Shown: in pieces, positions 50,881 to 60,006 of the stretch | Layout of the letters: each line of letters opens with the position of its first letter | How positions within the stretch are numbered: position 1 is the stretch's first letter | Notes under the pieces: model-generated | What the model saw: the letters and a program-made list of their open reading frames with translations, nothing else | Databases searched by the model: none | Told to the model about the DNA's origin: nothing | Assembly: GCA_963662545.2 (NCBI GenBank) | Contig: CAXXLL010000002.1 | Location: forward strand, 1,056,001 to 1,120,000 | Direction of reading: 5' to 3' | DNA from: Gammaproteobacteria bacterium | GTDB lineage: Bacteria; Pseudomonadota; Gammaproteobacteria; Ga0077536 | Length of the DNA: 64,000 nucleotides | Program-made: the position numbers and the translations under genes

Positions 50881-52023
50881 ATGACGCGGGAGACGATCAC
50901 CTTGGGGATGCCGATCTCGCTGAGCGGTCGCTATGCAATGCTCGGCCGACAGGTGCTGGCGGGCTTGCAATGCTACGTGCGGGCCGTCAACGCCGCGGGC
51001 GGAATCTACCTTTCGGGCTCGAAGCGCAGCTTGCCGGTCGCGCTCATCGCACATGACGACGAGGGCCGAGAGAAAAAGGCCCGGCATCTGGTCGAACGCC
51101 TGATCAATGAAGACGCTATCGACGTCTTGTTGGGGCCCTACGGCAGCGGCCTCACTTTCGCCGCGGCCGAGGCGGCGGATGCGGCCGGCATGGTTTTGTT
51201 CAATCACAGCGGCTCGGCCGATTCCATTTTCGCGCGGCAATCGCAGTGGATGGTCGGGATCATCAGCCCCGCGTCGCGGTACTTGTGCAGCGTGCTCGAT
51301 GCGCTGCGCGCGCGTGATCCCGCCGCGCGAACGATCGCGATCGTCAGCGCGGAGACGGGGTTTGCCGGCGAGGTCGCGCAAGGCGCGGTCGACTGGATCA
51401 ACAAGCAGGGCCTGGAGTTAAGCCTGCACCAGCGCTACCCCTCGGGGCTCGAGGACTTTCGCGATCACGTCGGCGTACTCAAGGAGGAACCACCCGATTG
51501 GTTACTGGGAGTCGGTCGCATAGAAGACGACGTTCGGTTCGCGCACGAACTCTGCGAAATCCGCCCTGAAGTCAAGGCTACCGCTCTCGTCGTCGCCGCC
51601 ATCGATCACTTCAGCCACGCACTCGGCGATGCTAGCGACGGGTTTCTCGCGCCTTCGCAATGGGAGCCCCAGGTACGTTATGCGGTGGACTGCGGCCCGC
51701 TGGCCAGCGAGTTCCTCGAGCGCTACCGCCAGGCATCCGCCTTGCCGCTTGACTACCCGGCCGCCCAGGCTTACGCCGGCGGCGTAATCGTTCAGCGCTG
51801 TATAGAAACCGCCGGATCGCTCGAACAGAAAGCCCTGCGCGATGCCGCACGCGGTCTGCGCTGCACGAGTTTCTACGGTCCCTTCGCCATCGACGGCGAA
51901 AGCGGACGCCAGACGGCGCATCCGATGCTCACGACGCAGTGGCAGGCAGGCGGTAAGAAGATCGTGTGGCCGCCGCCGGTGGCGGAGGCGACGATCGCTT
52001 ATCCCGGTCCTTTTCGGCAGTGA
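50881..52023 (+). CDS. LivJ/LivK-type amino-acid ABC substrate-binding protein (no signal peptide seen)
   Basis: ITLGMPISLSGRYA, VNAAGGI, LLGPYGS, QWQAGGKKIVWP. Confidence 0.85.
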   Translation: MTRETITLGMPISLSGRYAMLGRQVLAGLQCYVRAVNAAGGIYLSGSKRSLPVALIAHDDEGREKKARHLVERLINEDAIDVLLGPYGSGLTFAAAEAADAAGMVLFNHSGSADSIFARQSQWMVGIISPASRYLCSVLDALRARDPAARTIAIVSAETGFAGEVAQGAVDWINKQGLELSLHQRYPSGLEDFRDHVGVLKEEPPDWLLGVGRIEDDVRFAHELCEIRPEVKATALVVAAIDHFSHALGDASDGFLAPSQWEPQVRYAVDCGPLASEFLERYRQASALPLDYPAAQAYAGGVIVQRCIETAGSLEQKALRDAARGLRCTSFYGPFAIDGESGRQTAHPMLTTQWQAGGKKIVWPPPVAEATIAYPGPFRQ

Positions 52024-52108
52024 GGCGACGCCCACCGCACCGTGCGGGCGTCCATCACGGTGGGGGATCCGCGCGGTTTGCTATAGTGAAATCGACGCTA
52101 CCGTTCAC

Positions 52109-52271
52109 CTAGTGTGCTGTCCCGTGAAAAAGTTGCGTAAGTCGCGCCGGATTTATTGTCGCTGGCAAGGCGCAACGACGCCGTGTAGCGGGCTCTACAC
52201 AAGGAGGAGCGCGGCTGGTGGCAACTAAAGACCAGCGAATTATGAAAGTTTTTCACGGGACAGGACACTAG
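52109..52271. mobile_element. 163-bp MITE, family C, CTAG-bounded
   Basis: CTAGTGTGCTGTCCCGTGAAAAA / TTTTTCACGGGACAGGACACTAG, 23-bp IR with 1 mismatch. Confidence 0.82.
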
Positions 52272-52280
52272 GAGAGATCC

Positions 52281-52712
52281 ATGAAACTCGACGCCGCCGT
52301 GGTGACCCTGCTCATCGCGGTTCATCATGCCATCGCTTACATTCACGGCGGCGCCCATACCGATCTCGCCATCGTCATGTCGGTATTTCAGAACGCGTTC
52401 ATCTATTTCGTGATCCTCCTGGTACCGCTGGCGGGCGCCGTTCTTACCTGGATGAGCAGGCCCAGAATCGGCCTGTGGGCCGTGATCATCGGCATGGCGG
52501 GGGCCCTCATCTTTGGCGTCACCCATCACTACATGCTCGTATCCCCGGACCATATTGCTCACCTGCCGGCGGCAACGCCATACGTCCACGACACTTTCAT
52601 CTGGACGGCGGGCGCCATGGCGATGGTGGAAGGCGCGTGCGCCATGCTGGCTGCATATTTTCTCGGGCGTCGTTATCGCGACGCGACCGCCGCCTGGCCG
52701 ACGGGAGATTAG
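52281..52712 (+). CDS. Hypothetical 4-TM membrane protein
   Basis: AGGAGA RBS, hydrophobic helices with His clusters (HHAIAYIHG, HHY..PDHI). Confidence 0.78.
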   Translation: MKLDAAVVTLLIAVHHAIAYIHGGAHTDLAIVMSVFQNAFIYFVILLVPLAGAVLTWMSRPRIGLWAVIIGMAGALIFGVTHHYMLVSPDHIAHLPAATPYVHDTFIWTAGAMAMVEGACAMLAAYFLGRRYRDATAAWPTGD

Positions 52713-52820
52713 AGGTAAAAACTTGGACTCGTTCTTACAGATTGGCATCTTGGATACGACCTGACCTGATAAGTACCGTAGCATAAACACAGCACTCCGC
52801 TGTCGGGCTTTACGAGATTA

Positions 52821-52892
52821 GGGTCCGCTATACCGCCGTGAGCAGCCACGCCATGCTGCACTGCACCAGTTCGTAGTCGACCCTGAACGGAC
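52821..52892. repeat. Partial, divergent copy of the cassette-array repeat
   Basis: GGTCCGCT...AGCAGCC, TGCTGCACTGC and CGACCCTGAACGGAC match sub-sites of the 133-bp repeat. Confidence 0.6.
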
Positions 52893-52942
52893 ATCGACCC
52901 TCGACCTTCAACGGATTCGCTTCGCGGTAAGAACCAGCTTAA

Positions 52943-53467
52943 CTAACTCACGGGCATATCCGGTCTAGGACTTGTTCCAGCGAATATCGATTCGCCTGGA
53001 GGCGCGTCAAGAAGCAATTCCACTTCCTTTTGGAAATTAGCGCTAAACCACGCTTTTCTCTGTTTCCACCAAACTCTTCCGCTGGGCGTATTGAGTACTC
53101 CCGGGACCATTACCCGGTAAGTATCTTCCATGTCATCTGGGTAGTTTCTCTGCCGAATGTCGGCAAACGCTTGTTCTATAGCTTGAAGCCAAATGAGTGT
53201 CGCCAGATCAAATCGATATCGTTCTACCGGCGTGAAATTCTCGAAACGGTCGAGGTCCGCAAAGCCGTTGAGGATGATCTCAGCGATCTCTGGATCATTC
53301 GCTAAGACTGTAATAGCTGCTGCATGATCGTGGGCGGTTGCTCGTGCGTTCGCTCTGCGCGTTTCAACTGTGTGCTTTTTGATCTGGAAACCGACGTACA
53401 GCAGCGAAAAAATGACGCCAACAGCGCTAATAATCTCGGCCACTCCACTGATAGCATCCCAATTCAC
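52943..53467 (-). CDS. Hypothetical protein with one N-terminal TM helix (cassette gene 1)
   Basis: MNWDAISGVAEIISAVGVIFSLLYVGFQI, GGGAGAGG RBS, lower GC than the core genes. Confidence 0.8.
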   Translation of the reverse strand: MNWDAISGVAEIISAVGVIFSLLYVGFQIKKHTVETRRANARATAHDHAAAITVLANDPEIAEIILNGFADLDRFENFTPVERYRFDLATLIWLQAIEQAFADIRQRNYPDDMEDTYRVMVPGVLNTPSGRVWWKQRKAWFSANFQKEVELLLDAPPGESIFAGTSPRPDMPVS

Positions 53468-53534
53468 CTTTGCCTCTCCCGCTGAATAAACGATGAATCA
53501 GGATAGCGAATTCCCTCATGTGGGACGACCATTG

Positions 53535-53657
53535 CTGACCGACTCCCGCCGTGTTCTCTCAACTCGATGCTTAACGCAACTCGACGGCCGCTTATGAGCG
53601 CATTGCAGACGTAACCTAGAAAGGTGCTGCACTGCCGCGAGGGGGCCGCTGACGACC
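53535..53657. repeat. ~133-bp cassette-array repeat, copy B (split by IS1182; remainder 55343-55358)
   Basis: Collinear with 56785-56919 and 57518-57650. Confidence 0.85.
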
Positions 53658-55342
53658 CAGAGTGTGTGAAAACTCGGAATGAAGAGGAATCACGTCGAGA
53701 ACTCCTCGTCAGACGCAACGCGGCGCGGTTACGACGGCCGCGCTCGCGGTCCAATGCGATCGGTTAGTTAATGGAACATTCCTTAGAACGGCCCCAGAAG
53801 CCGGCAGTGAAGCCGTGGATCAGGGAGTTTTCGAGGCCACAGAGGGTCTCATGCCGTCATCGCTTCGATGAGCGTAGCGACACCCAGTAGATTCATCACG
53901 CGTTTCATGTTGTAAGCGAGCACGTGCAGACTCATTTCCGTACCAACGTGTTTCAGCGTGCGCATCTGGAAGTGGGTCGAACCCATCCAGGATTTGATCG
54001 TGCCAAATGGATGCTCGACCGTCTCTCGGCGGACACGCATAGGGTCAGGTTCACGATCCAATCGCGCCTGCACCGCTTCAACAACCGCTTCATGTTCCCA
54101 ACGGCTGACGCGCCGGTATCGACCCGTTGTGCATTTAGATTTGATCGGGCAGCGGGGACACGCCGAACTCCAGTAGCGCCGGATCTGCTTGCCTTTCTCC
54201 ACTCGGGTGAACCGGTAAATCAGTCGCTCACCGGCCGGGCATTCATACGCATCCTCTTCGGGTTGGTAAATGAAGTCGCGCTTGCCAAACAAGCCCTTCG
54301 CCTGGTTACCCGAGGTCTGCGGTTTCGGCAGATAGGTCGTGATGCCGGCTTTAGCGCACGCCAAGATCTCTTCGCCACTGAAGTACCCGCGATCCGCAAC
54401 GACGGTCAACTCCTTCTTATCCAGCGCCTCTTTGGCTTTCTCCGACATGTTCGACAGTTGCGCCCGGTCATGACCTACGTTCGTCACTTCATGTGCCACA
54501 ATCAGATGACTCTTCGTGTCGACCGCCGTCTGCACGTTGTACCCCACCATGCCGCTGCCACGGCCGCTCGTCGCCATCGAGCGCGCGTCCGGGTCCGTCA
54601 GTGAGACCTGATGGTCCGGCGTCTCCTCGAGCCGTACCTCGAGCTTTTTTAGGCGGCCTATCTCTTCCTTCAGTACCTCGATCTTGTCCTTCAAACGCTG
54701 CGACTTGTCACCTGACACCGCACGCTCCTGGCGGTCGGCACTTGCAATTTCCGCCAGGTACCGCTCAACGCTCTCGTCAATCTGCTGCAACCGACGTTTC
54801 AGCTTCGCCTTCGTGAAGTTCCGGTCACGGTTGTTTACCGCTTTGAACTTGCTGCCATCTATCGCCACGAAGGCTTCCGAAAACAGCTGCAGCTTACGGC
54901 ACAGCATCACGAACTCCCGGCATACCAGACGAATGGCGTCACCGTTATCTTTGCGGAAATCGGCAATGGTCTTGAAATCAGGCGCCAGACGACCCGTCAG
55001 CCACATCAGTTCCACGTTCCGCTGCGCCTCCCGTTCCAGGCGACGGCTCGATTGAACCCGGTTCAGGTAACCGTAGATATAGAGCTTCAGCATCGTCGCC
55101 GGGTGATACCCCGGTCGACCCGTCTCATGCGCATCGGTTCTGAAACTCAGACCTGACAGATCCAACTCATCGACGAACACATCGATGACCCGCACCGCAC
55201 TCTCCTCAGCGACATAATCGTCCAGACACTCGGGAAACAGCGTTGTTTGGCGGCGGTCCGCGCCTTCAATGAACCCGCTCATCAACGACTCCCCAGGACC
55301 GAAAGAGTGATCTTATCTGATGCAGAGTTTTCACACACTCTG
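53658..55342 (-). mobile_element. IS1182-family insertion sequence
   Basis: Perfect 18-bp IR CAGAGTGTGTGAAAACTC. 4-bp TSD GACC at 53654-53657 and 55343-55346. Confidence 0.95.
53849..55282 (-). CDS. IS1182 transposase
   Basis: GRPGYHPATMLKLYIYGY, SSRRLERE, PDFKTIADFR, AIDGSKF, TDPDAR, ADRGY, VEHPFGTIK. Confidence 0.95.
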   Translation of the reverse strand: MSGFIEGADRRQTTLFPECLDDYVAEESAVRVIDVFVDELDLSGLSFRTDAHETGRPGYHPATMLKLYIYGYLNRVQSSRRLEREAQRNVELMWLTGRLAPDFKTIADFRKDNGDAIRLVCREFVMLCRKLQLFSEAFVAIDGSKFKAVNNRDRNFTKAKLKRRLQQIDESVERYLAEIASADRQERAVSGDKSQRLKDKIEVLKEEIGRLKKLEVRLEETPDHQVSLTDPDARSMATSGRGSGMVGYNVQTAVDTKSHLIVAHEVTNVGHDRAQLSNMSEKAKEALDKKELTVVADRGYFSGEEILACAKAGITTYLPKPQTSGNQAKGLFGKRDFIYQPEEDAYECPAGERLIYRFTRVEKGKQIRRYWSSACPRCPIKSKCTTGRYRRVSRWEHEAVVEAVQARLDREPDPMRVRRETVEHPFGTIKSWMGSTHFQMRTLKHVGTEMSLHVLAYNMKRVMNLLGVATLIEAMTA

Positions 55343-55372
55343 GACCCATAGCCGACATCGCGATTCTCCTTA

Positions 55373-56719
55373 CTATGCGTCCCGCACCCCGAGAAGCTCC
55401 TTGGCCGCCCGCATGCCGGACCAATGGGCTTGGCCAACGGTGCTGTTGACCAAATAATCGCCAGCGAATGTGACCCGCTCCAACGGTCCAAGGTCGCGAA
55501 ATCGTTTCAACGCTTTGAGATAACCTTTGGGTCTTCGCGCTATCGCCAGGTCATTGCGCTGGATGTATTGGTCAACAATGATCGCATCGCGAATCTGTGG
55601 GAATGCCCTCGTCACTTCTTTCCAACCGTCTTCTAGCACAGCGTCCGACGACCACGCCTGGGTCTCCTTGCTGCCCCAGTTCTTCCACTGGGCGTAGACG
55701 AGCGTTCGCCCTTCACCACCAGGGCTGAACGCGACATCGGCAACTACCCTGTACCCGTCTACCGTCGGCAGCAAAACCCGCTCGGGCAGATCGTCCCGGA
55801 GCGGTTCGTCCAACAGATACCACGCGTTATGGTGGCCCGAATACGAGACACCCTCAAAGAACTGACGCCGTTCTTCGTCAATGCCGGGGAATAAGTTTAG
55901 AACCAGAGTCCCGGGCACTGCGATGACCGCGGCGTCGGCGGTGATCGTTTCGACCGCGCCGTGCCGGTTCACATCAACTTCAATATGACTTTCGAGCACC
56001 CGCAGTTGTTGGGCGATGACATGGAAGTTCAACTGCGTGCCTTCGTCGCGAACGAAATGTTCGCCGAGCGAGCGGGTCAGCTGGCCGACGCCGCGCTCCT
56101 CGAACGCCCACCAATGTTCGGCACCCCAGGTAAGGCGGCTCGCGACCAACCACAGCAGCCAGGCGAGCGAATAATCATCCTCTCCATAACCGCAAAAAAG
56201 CGACAGGCAGGGATCAAGGAAATAATCGACGAACTTTGGCGAATGTGCCCGAAAGTACTCGCACGCGTTCTGATCGTCGAATTTCGCTGCGGTCACCGGA
56301 TCCCGCGGGTCGCACGCAGCCATCTGTTTGAGCATTCGCGGCACAACTTTACCCAAAGCCAGTTTCTCTTTGACGGGGATGACATCGGATTTGATCGCTT
56401 CGAGAATATCGAAGTCGTCGAAGGATACGATACCTTTGTCCTTCAGTAGAACGTGGTAGCGTGGTCGGCTTTCAAGAAATTCTGTGCGCGGCAACGTGTC
56501 GTAGATGCCGAGTGCGGTCGCTAATTCGACCAGGTTTTCTTCCGAGCCGATGAATCCCTCAGCGCCTCGCTGCAGATACATCCCGTTCCATTTGAATGCG
56601 CGACACCGACCCCCAGCATCTTCGTTCTTCTCCAGGATCACGACTTCATGATCGCTCTCCCGCAATGTCCAAGCGGCCGACATGCCAGCCATGCCGCCAC
56701 CGATGACAATGATTTTCAT
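55373..56719 (-). CDS. FAD-dependent oxidoreductase, amine oxidase / protoporphyrinogen oxidase fold (cassette gene 2)
   Basis: IVIGGGMAGMSAA, EKNEDAGGR, FAGDYL. Confidence 0.88.
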   Translation of the reverse strand: MKIIVIGGGMAGMSAAWTLRESDHEVVILEKNEDAGGRCRAFKWNGMYLQRGAEGFIGSEENLVELATALGIYDTLPRTEFLESRPRYHVLLKDKGIVSFDDFDILEAIKSDVIPVKEKLALGKVVPRMLKQMAACDPRDPVTAAKFDDQNACEYFRAHSPKFVDYFLDPCLSLFCGYGEDDYSLAWLLWLVASRLTWGAEHWWAFEERGVGQLTRSLGEHFVRDEGTQLNFHVIAQQLRVLESHIEVDVNRHGAVETITADAAVIAVPGTLVLNLFPGIDEERRQFFEGVSYSGHHNAWYLLDEPLRDDLPERVLLPTVDGYRVVADVAFSPGGEGRTLVYAQWKNWGSKETQAWSSDAVLEDGWKEVTRAFPQIRDAIIVDQYIQRNDLAIARRPKGYLKALKRFRDLGPLERVTFAGDYLVNSTVGQAHWSGMRAAKELLGVRDA

Positions 56720-56784
56720 AGTCGCCCCATCGGTTCGTTTAAACGCCGGAGACTATACATCAGTAAGGCGGGCGGTGGCCGCTC

Positions 56785-56919
56785 CTGGCCGACTGCCGTC
56801 GTCATTGGTTAACACGTCAGTGAACGCAACTCCACGACCGCTATGGAGCGCATTGCAGACCGAATCTAGAACAGTGCTGCACTGCCGCGATGAGGCGGCT
56901 GACGGCGGGGAAAGCGGAC
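56785..56919. repeat. ~133-bp cassette-array repeat, copy C
   Basis: CTGGCCGAC...GAGCGCATTGCAGAC...GTGCTGCACTGCCGCGA...GCTGACG...GCGGAC. Confidence 0.85.
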
Positions 56920-56995
56920 CTACGGCTGGCAATCATCGCTGACAGTAACCCGAGCCGCCGGCATGCCTCGCGCTCGGCGCATGTGGTACTCGCCG

Positions 56996-57370
56996 TCACG
57001 CCTTCTCTGTGTGTCGGACGTTGTACATGAAGTACAAACTAATCAGCGTGCCTGTCACGAGAAAGATCACTACAGCTTCGATCCACCAAGGAAAAGTAAC
57101 AAGCGATATTTCGTCGTAAACAGATTGCTCACGGGCACGGAGCAGCACCCACGCTTTGACATGTACAAACGTAGTTACGCCAAACATTGAGGCAGAAAGC
57201 AGATAAACGAACGATATCATCATGCATTGGTACCGTGACAATGCTCTGCCGACGAAATATGAAACTGTGAGATAAGCAAAAGTTAGAGAAAGCCATACTC
57301 CAAGATATGTCGCCGCGACATCGGCGATGTCGGTCAATGCACCAATAACTCCAATTCCTACTTCAGTCAT
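56996..57370 (-). CDS. Hypothetical small membrane protein (cassette gene 3)
   Basis: About 3 TM helices, low GC, bounded by repeats C and D. Confidence 0.78.
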   Translation of the reverse strand: MTEVGIGVIGALTDIADVAATYLGVWLSLTFAYLTVSYFVGRALSRYQCMMISFVYLLSASMFGVTTFVHVKAWVLLRAREQSVYDEISLVTFPWWIEAVVIFLVTGTLISLYFMYNVRHTEKA

Positions 57371-57517
57371 CTCTTCATTCCCCCATAGTTAAACCAACAG
57401 GAGTAAGGATATAATTGATGTCAGGGCCAGTGGGTGGCACGCTCTTATGTCTCAAATCCTCGTTTCCGTAAAACCCAAATGAATACAAAGCTGTTCCAGA
57501 AGGGCGACCGGCCGTTT

Positions 57518-57650
57518 CTGGCCGACTATCGCCGTGCTCCCTCCACTCAATTCTTGAAGCAATCCGACGACTGCTTACGAGGGTACTGCAGACGTAATCT
57601 CTAGCTGTGCTGCACTGCGGCGATTCGGCCGCTGACGACCCACTACGGAC
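57518..57650. repeat. ~133-bp cassette-array repeat, copy D
   Basis: CTGGCCGAC...TGCAGACGTAA...GTGCTGCACTGC...GCCGCTGACGACCC...CGGAC. Confidence 0.85.
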
Positions 57651-57919
57651 CGTCGCAGTGGCTAATATGCGTTCAGCTATGCTCAATTAATGGTCAATTT
57701 CCAGACCGCTATCCTATTTATAGAAATTGGCGGCGACCCATAATTGCTACTCACCGGATGTTTGACGTGAAGTTGGGGGCAAAGGGGCGTTAATGCCGCC
57801 TATACTTTCCGTATAAATCGTATTTGGCTTTGCATTTATGGAAGGCGGTGGATACCAAACTGATTAAGTAAGCTATTTATATCGACGGTAAAATAAGTCT
57901 CATCTGAGCCCATATAAAC

Positions 57920-59362
57920 TTATGTATCGAATACTTCCAGATCAGCAAAAGTAATTTCCTCACCTTCTTCGTACATTAGAAGGTCCCCGGCGATAATGTG
58001 GGCGGCGCCTTTTAAGCATTCTAGTAAAGAGGGGTGTGGAAATATTGATTCCAGCAGGTAGGTATACGGCAACTCTCGCTCAATAATGATCGAGGCGGCA
58101 CTGACAATACCGTCAGCTTCAGGGCCCACCACGCGCACACCGAGAATTCGGTCATCACCTTTGGGCCCAACAATCAACTTGACGAAACCGGCCGCCGGTT
58201 GAATGGCGTGGGCGCGATGATTGCGCGCATAGGGGTATTTACCTATCCGCACCTCGCCGTACTTTTCCCGGGCATAGGTCTCATTAACCCCAGCGCCTGC
58301 CAGCATGGGCACGGTAAAAATGATATAGGGGATGTGGTTCATGCTCTGTGGATAATCTTGGTTGAGGATATGTGCAGCTGCGCAACGCCCCTCAGCTTCG
58401 GCAACATGAACCAGTGCCAAGTCGCTAGGTATATTTCGATTGCCGATGTCGCCTACCGCATAGATGTGCGCTACCGAGGAGCGAGTATCCAGGCCCGTGG
58501 GTATATAGCCTCGCTGGTCCAATTCGACACCGCTAGCTTCAATATTCATGGTGCCCGAGCAGGGCATGCGGCCTATGGCTAGTAATACCGTTTCGGTTTC
58601 AATCTCACCGCTGGATAATGTGGTTTTTACGCTGGTGTCCAGCAGTTCCATGCTCTGATAGCGGCTGCAGGCTATCACCTTGATTCCGCGTTTTTCAAAA
58701 GCGTTAGCCACAAAGTGGCTGAGATCTGGGTCTTCATTTGCCATGATGACCTGCTGGGTATCGACCAGGTGAACCTGGGTGCCCACGGCGTTGAACATAC
58801 TGGCGAATTCACAACCGATGATGCCGGCTCCTAGAATCAGCATCGAGCTTGGTGTGGTGCTTAGCTGGTTAACCTCATCAGAGGTAAGTACGCGCCGGCC
58901 ATCGATTTCCATGCCAGGCAGCACGCGGGGGCAGGTGCCGGTGGCGATGATAATGTTGTCAGCGCTGTAGCGGGTCCCATTGACTTCGACTGTATGGGGG
59001 TCAATAAAGCGTCCGCGCCCCTTGATGACTTCAATGCCCAAGCGCTGCAAGCGCTTTTCAAGCATTTTGGTGAGGTTTGCCGCCGATTCGGCAACCCCCT
59101 GTTGCAGTGTTTCGATTTTCAGTGGCTTGAGTTCGCCGAAGACGTGCTTGCGTAATCGAGTGTGCAAGTACTCACGGCTAATTTCAAAGCCTGCCTTGGA
59201 GCGAAAAGCTCCATCGATGCCGTAGCCCATCAGTGGGCCCTCATTAATGATGATGGCCTTCCTGCCGGCCAGTGCGAGCTTGCTTGCGGCGCTGATTCCG
59301 CCGGGGCCGCCGCCTATTACTAGTACATCGCAATGAATTGCCGTCATGGTTTTTTGTTCCAT
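57920..59362 (-). CDS. Dihydrolipoyl-dehydrogenase-like flavoprotein lacking the redox CxxxxC
   Basis: GGGPGG, IATG, LGAGIIGCEFA, IYAVGD, HPSLLE. LMGYGIDGAFRSK replaces the GGTCxxxGCIPSK motif. Confidence 0.88.
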   Translation of the reverse strand: MEQKTMTAIHCDVLVIGGGPGGISAASKLALAGRKAIIINEGPLMGYGIDGAFRSKAGFEISREYLHTRLRKHVFGELKPLKIETLQQGVAESAANLTKMLEKRLQRLGIEVIKGRGRFIDPHTVEVNGTRYSADNIIIATGTCPRVLPGMEIDGRRVLTSDEVNQLSTTPSSMLILGAGIIGCEFASMFNAVGTQVHLVDTQQVIMANEDPDLSHFVANAFEKRGIKVIACSRYQSMELLDTSVKTTLSSGEIETETVLLAIGRMPCSGTMNIEASGVELDQRGYIPTGLDTRSSVAHIYAVGDIGNRNIPSDLALVHVAEAEGRCAAAHILNQDYPQSMNHIPYIIFTVPMLAGAGVNETYAREKYGEVRIGKYPYARNHRAHAIQPAAGFVKLIVGPKGDDRILGVRVVGPEADGIVSAASIIIERELPYTYLLESIFPHPSLLECLKGAAHIIAGDLLMYEEGEEITFADLEVFDT

Positions 59363-59374
59363 CTTGGCGGAAGA

Positions 59375-60006
59375 GAATAAGCCGAATAAACACCCTTTTC
59401 CGCAATTCCACCGAGTATCGTCAGGTCATCAAACCGTCGTCAACCTGCGATTCGACGCGGTGTTGGCCTGAATTGAGCCCCTGAGCCGGCAGTAATTCTG
59501 TACATCAGGGCGATTTTTCGACGGTTCCGAGCGTCGGCACGACAGCGACTCTGCCGCGTCGCTGAGTGTCGCAGCCGCTGGTCTTACGCGCGTGGTTGCG
59601 CGTGTATCAGGCGAACCAGCGGGCCTGGGGCGGCGCCCGACACGGTGGCAAACGCGAGGCAGCTGTTGAAGTGTTTTTGCGGTCGAGGTGGGTGAGGATC
59701 TTCTCGATCACCACAGGGTCTTCGATGCAGGCGATGATCCTGACGTGGCCGCCGCAGCTCTTGCAGGTCTCGATGTCGATGTTGAAGACCCGCTTCAGGC
59801 GCTGTGCCCAGGTCGCCGCTCTTGCGCATCCCTGCGCCCGCGGCATTAGTGCATCCATGCACGTCATGGCGGCCCGGCGTTCGGCGGGCGTTAGGTCTTC
59901 AGTCGCCGCCGCGTTGGCTTTGTTGCCCTTGCCCCGTTTGGCCGGCGTCACCCGCGCACGATGCGCGCTGTTGGGGGCGAACACGCCGTGGAAGCGGGTG
60001 AGGTTG
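59375..60006 (-). mobile_element. IS91/ISCR-family remnant: transposase 3' end plus oriIS-like end
   Basis: NLTRFHGVFAPNS..R..VTP, WAQRLKRVFNIDIETC..CGG...IIACIEDPVVIEKILTHL..RAPP (59607-60006). GGAAAAGGGTGTTTATTCGGCTTATTC on the minus strand at ~59375-59401. Confidence 0.85.

Noticed and set aside
52821-57650. CRISPR array or classical integron attC sites
   Set aside because: The repeats are ~133 bp, diverged and separated by whole genes. There are no cas or intI genes and no RYYYAAC...GTTRRRY boundaries.
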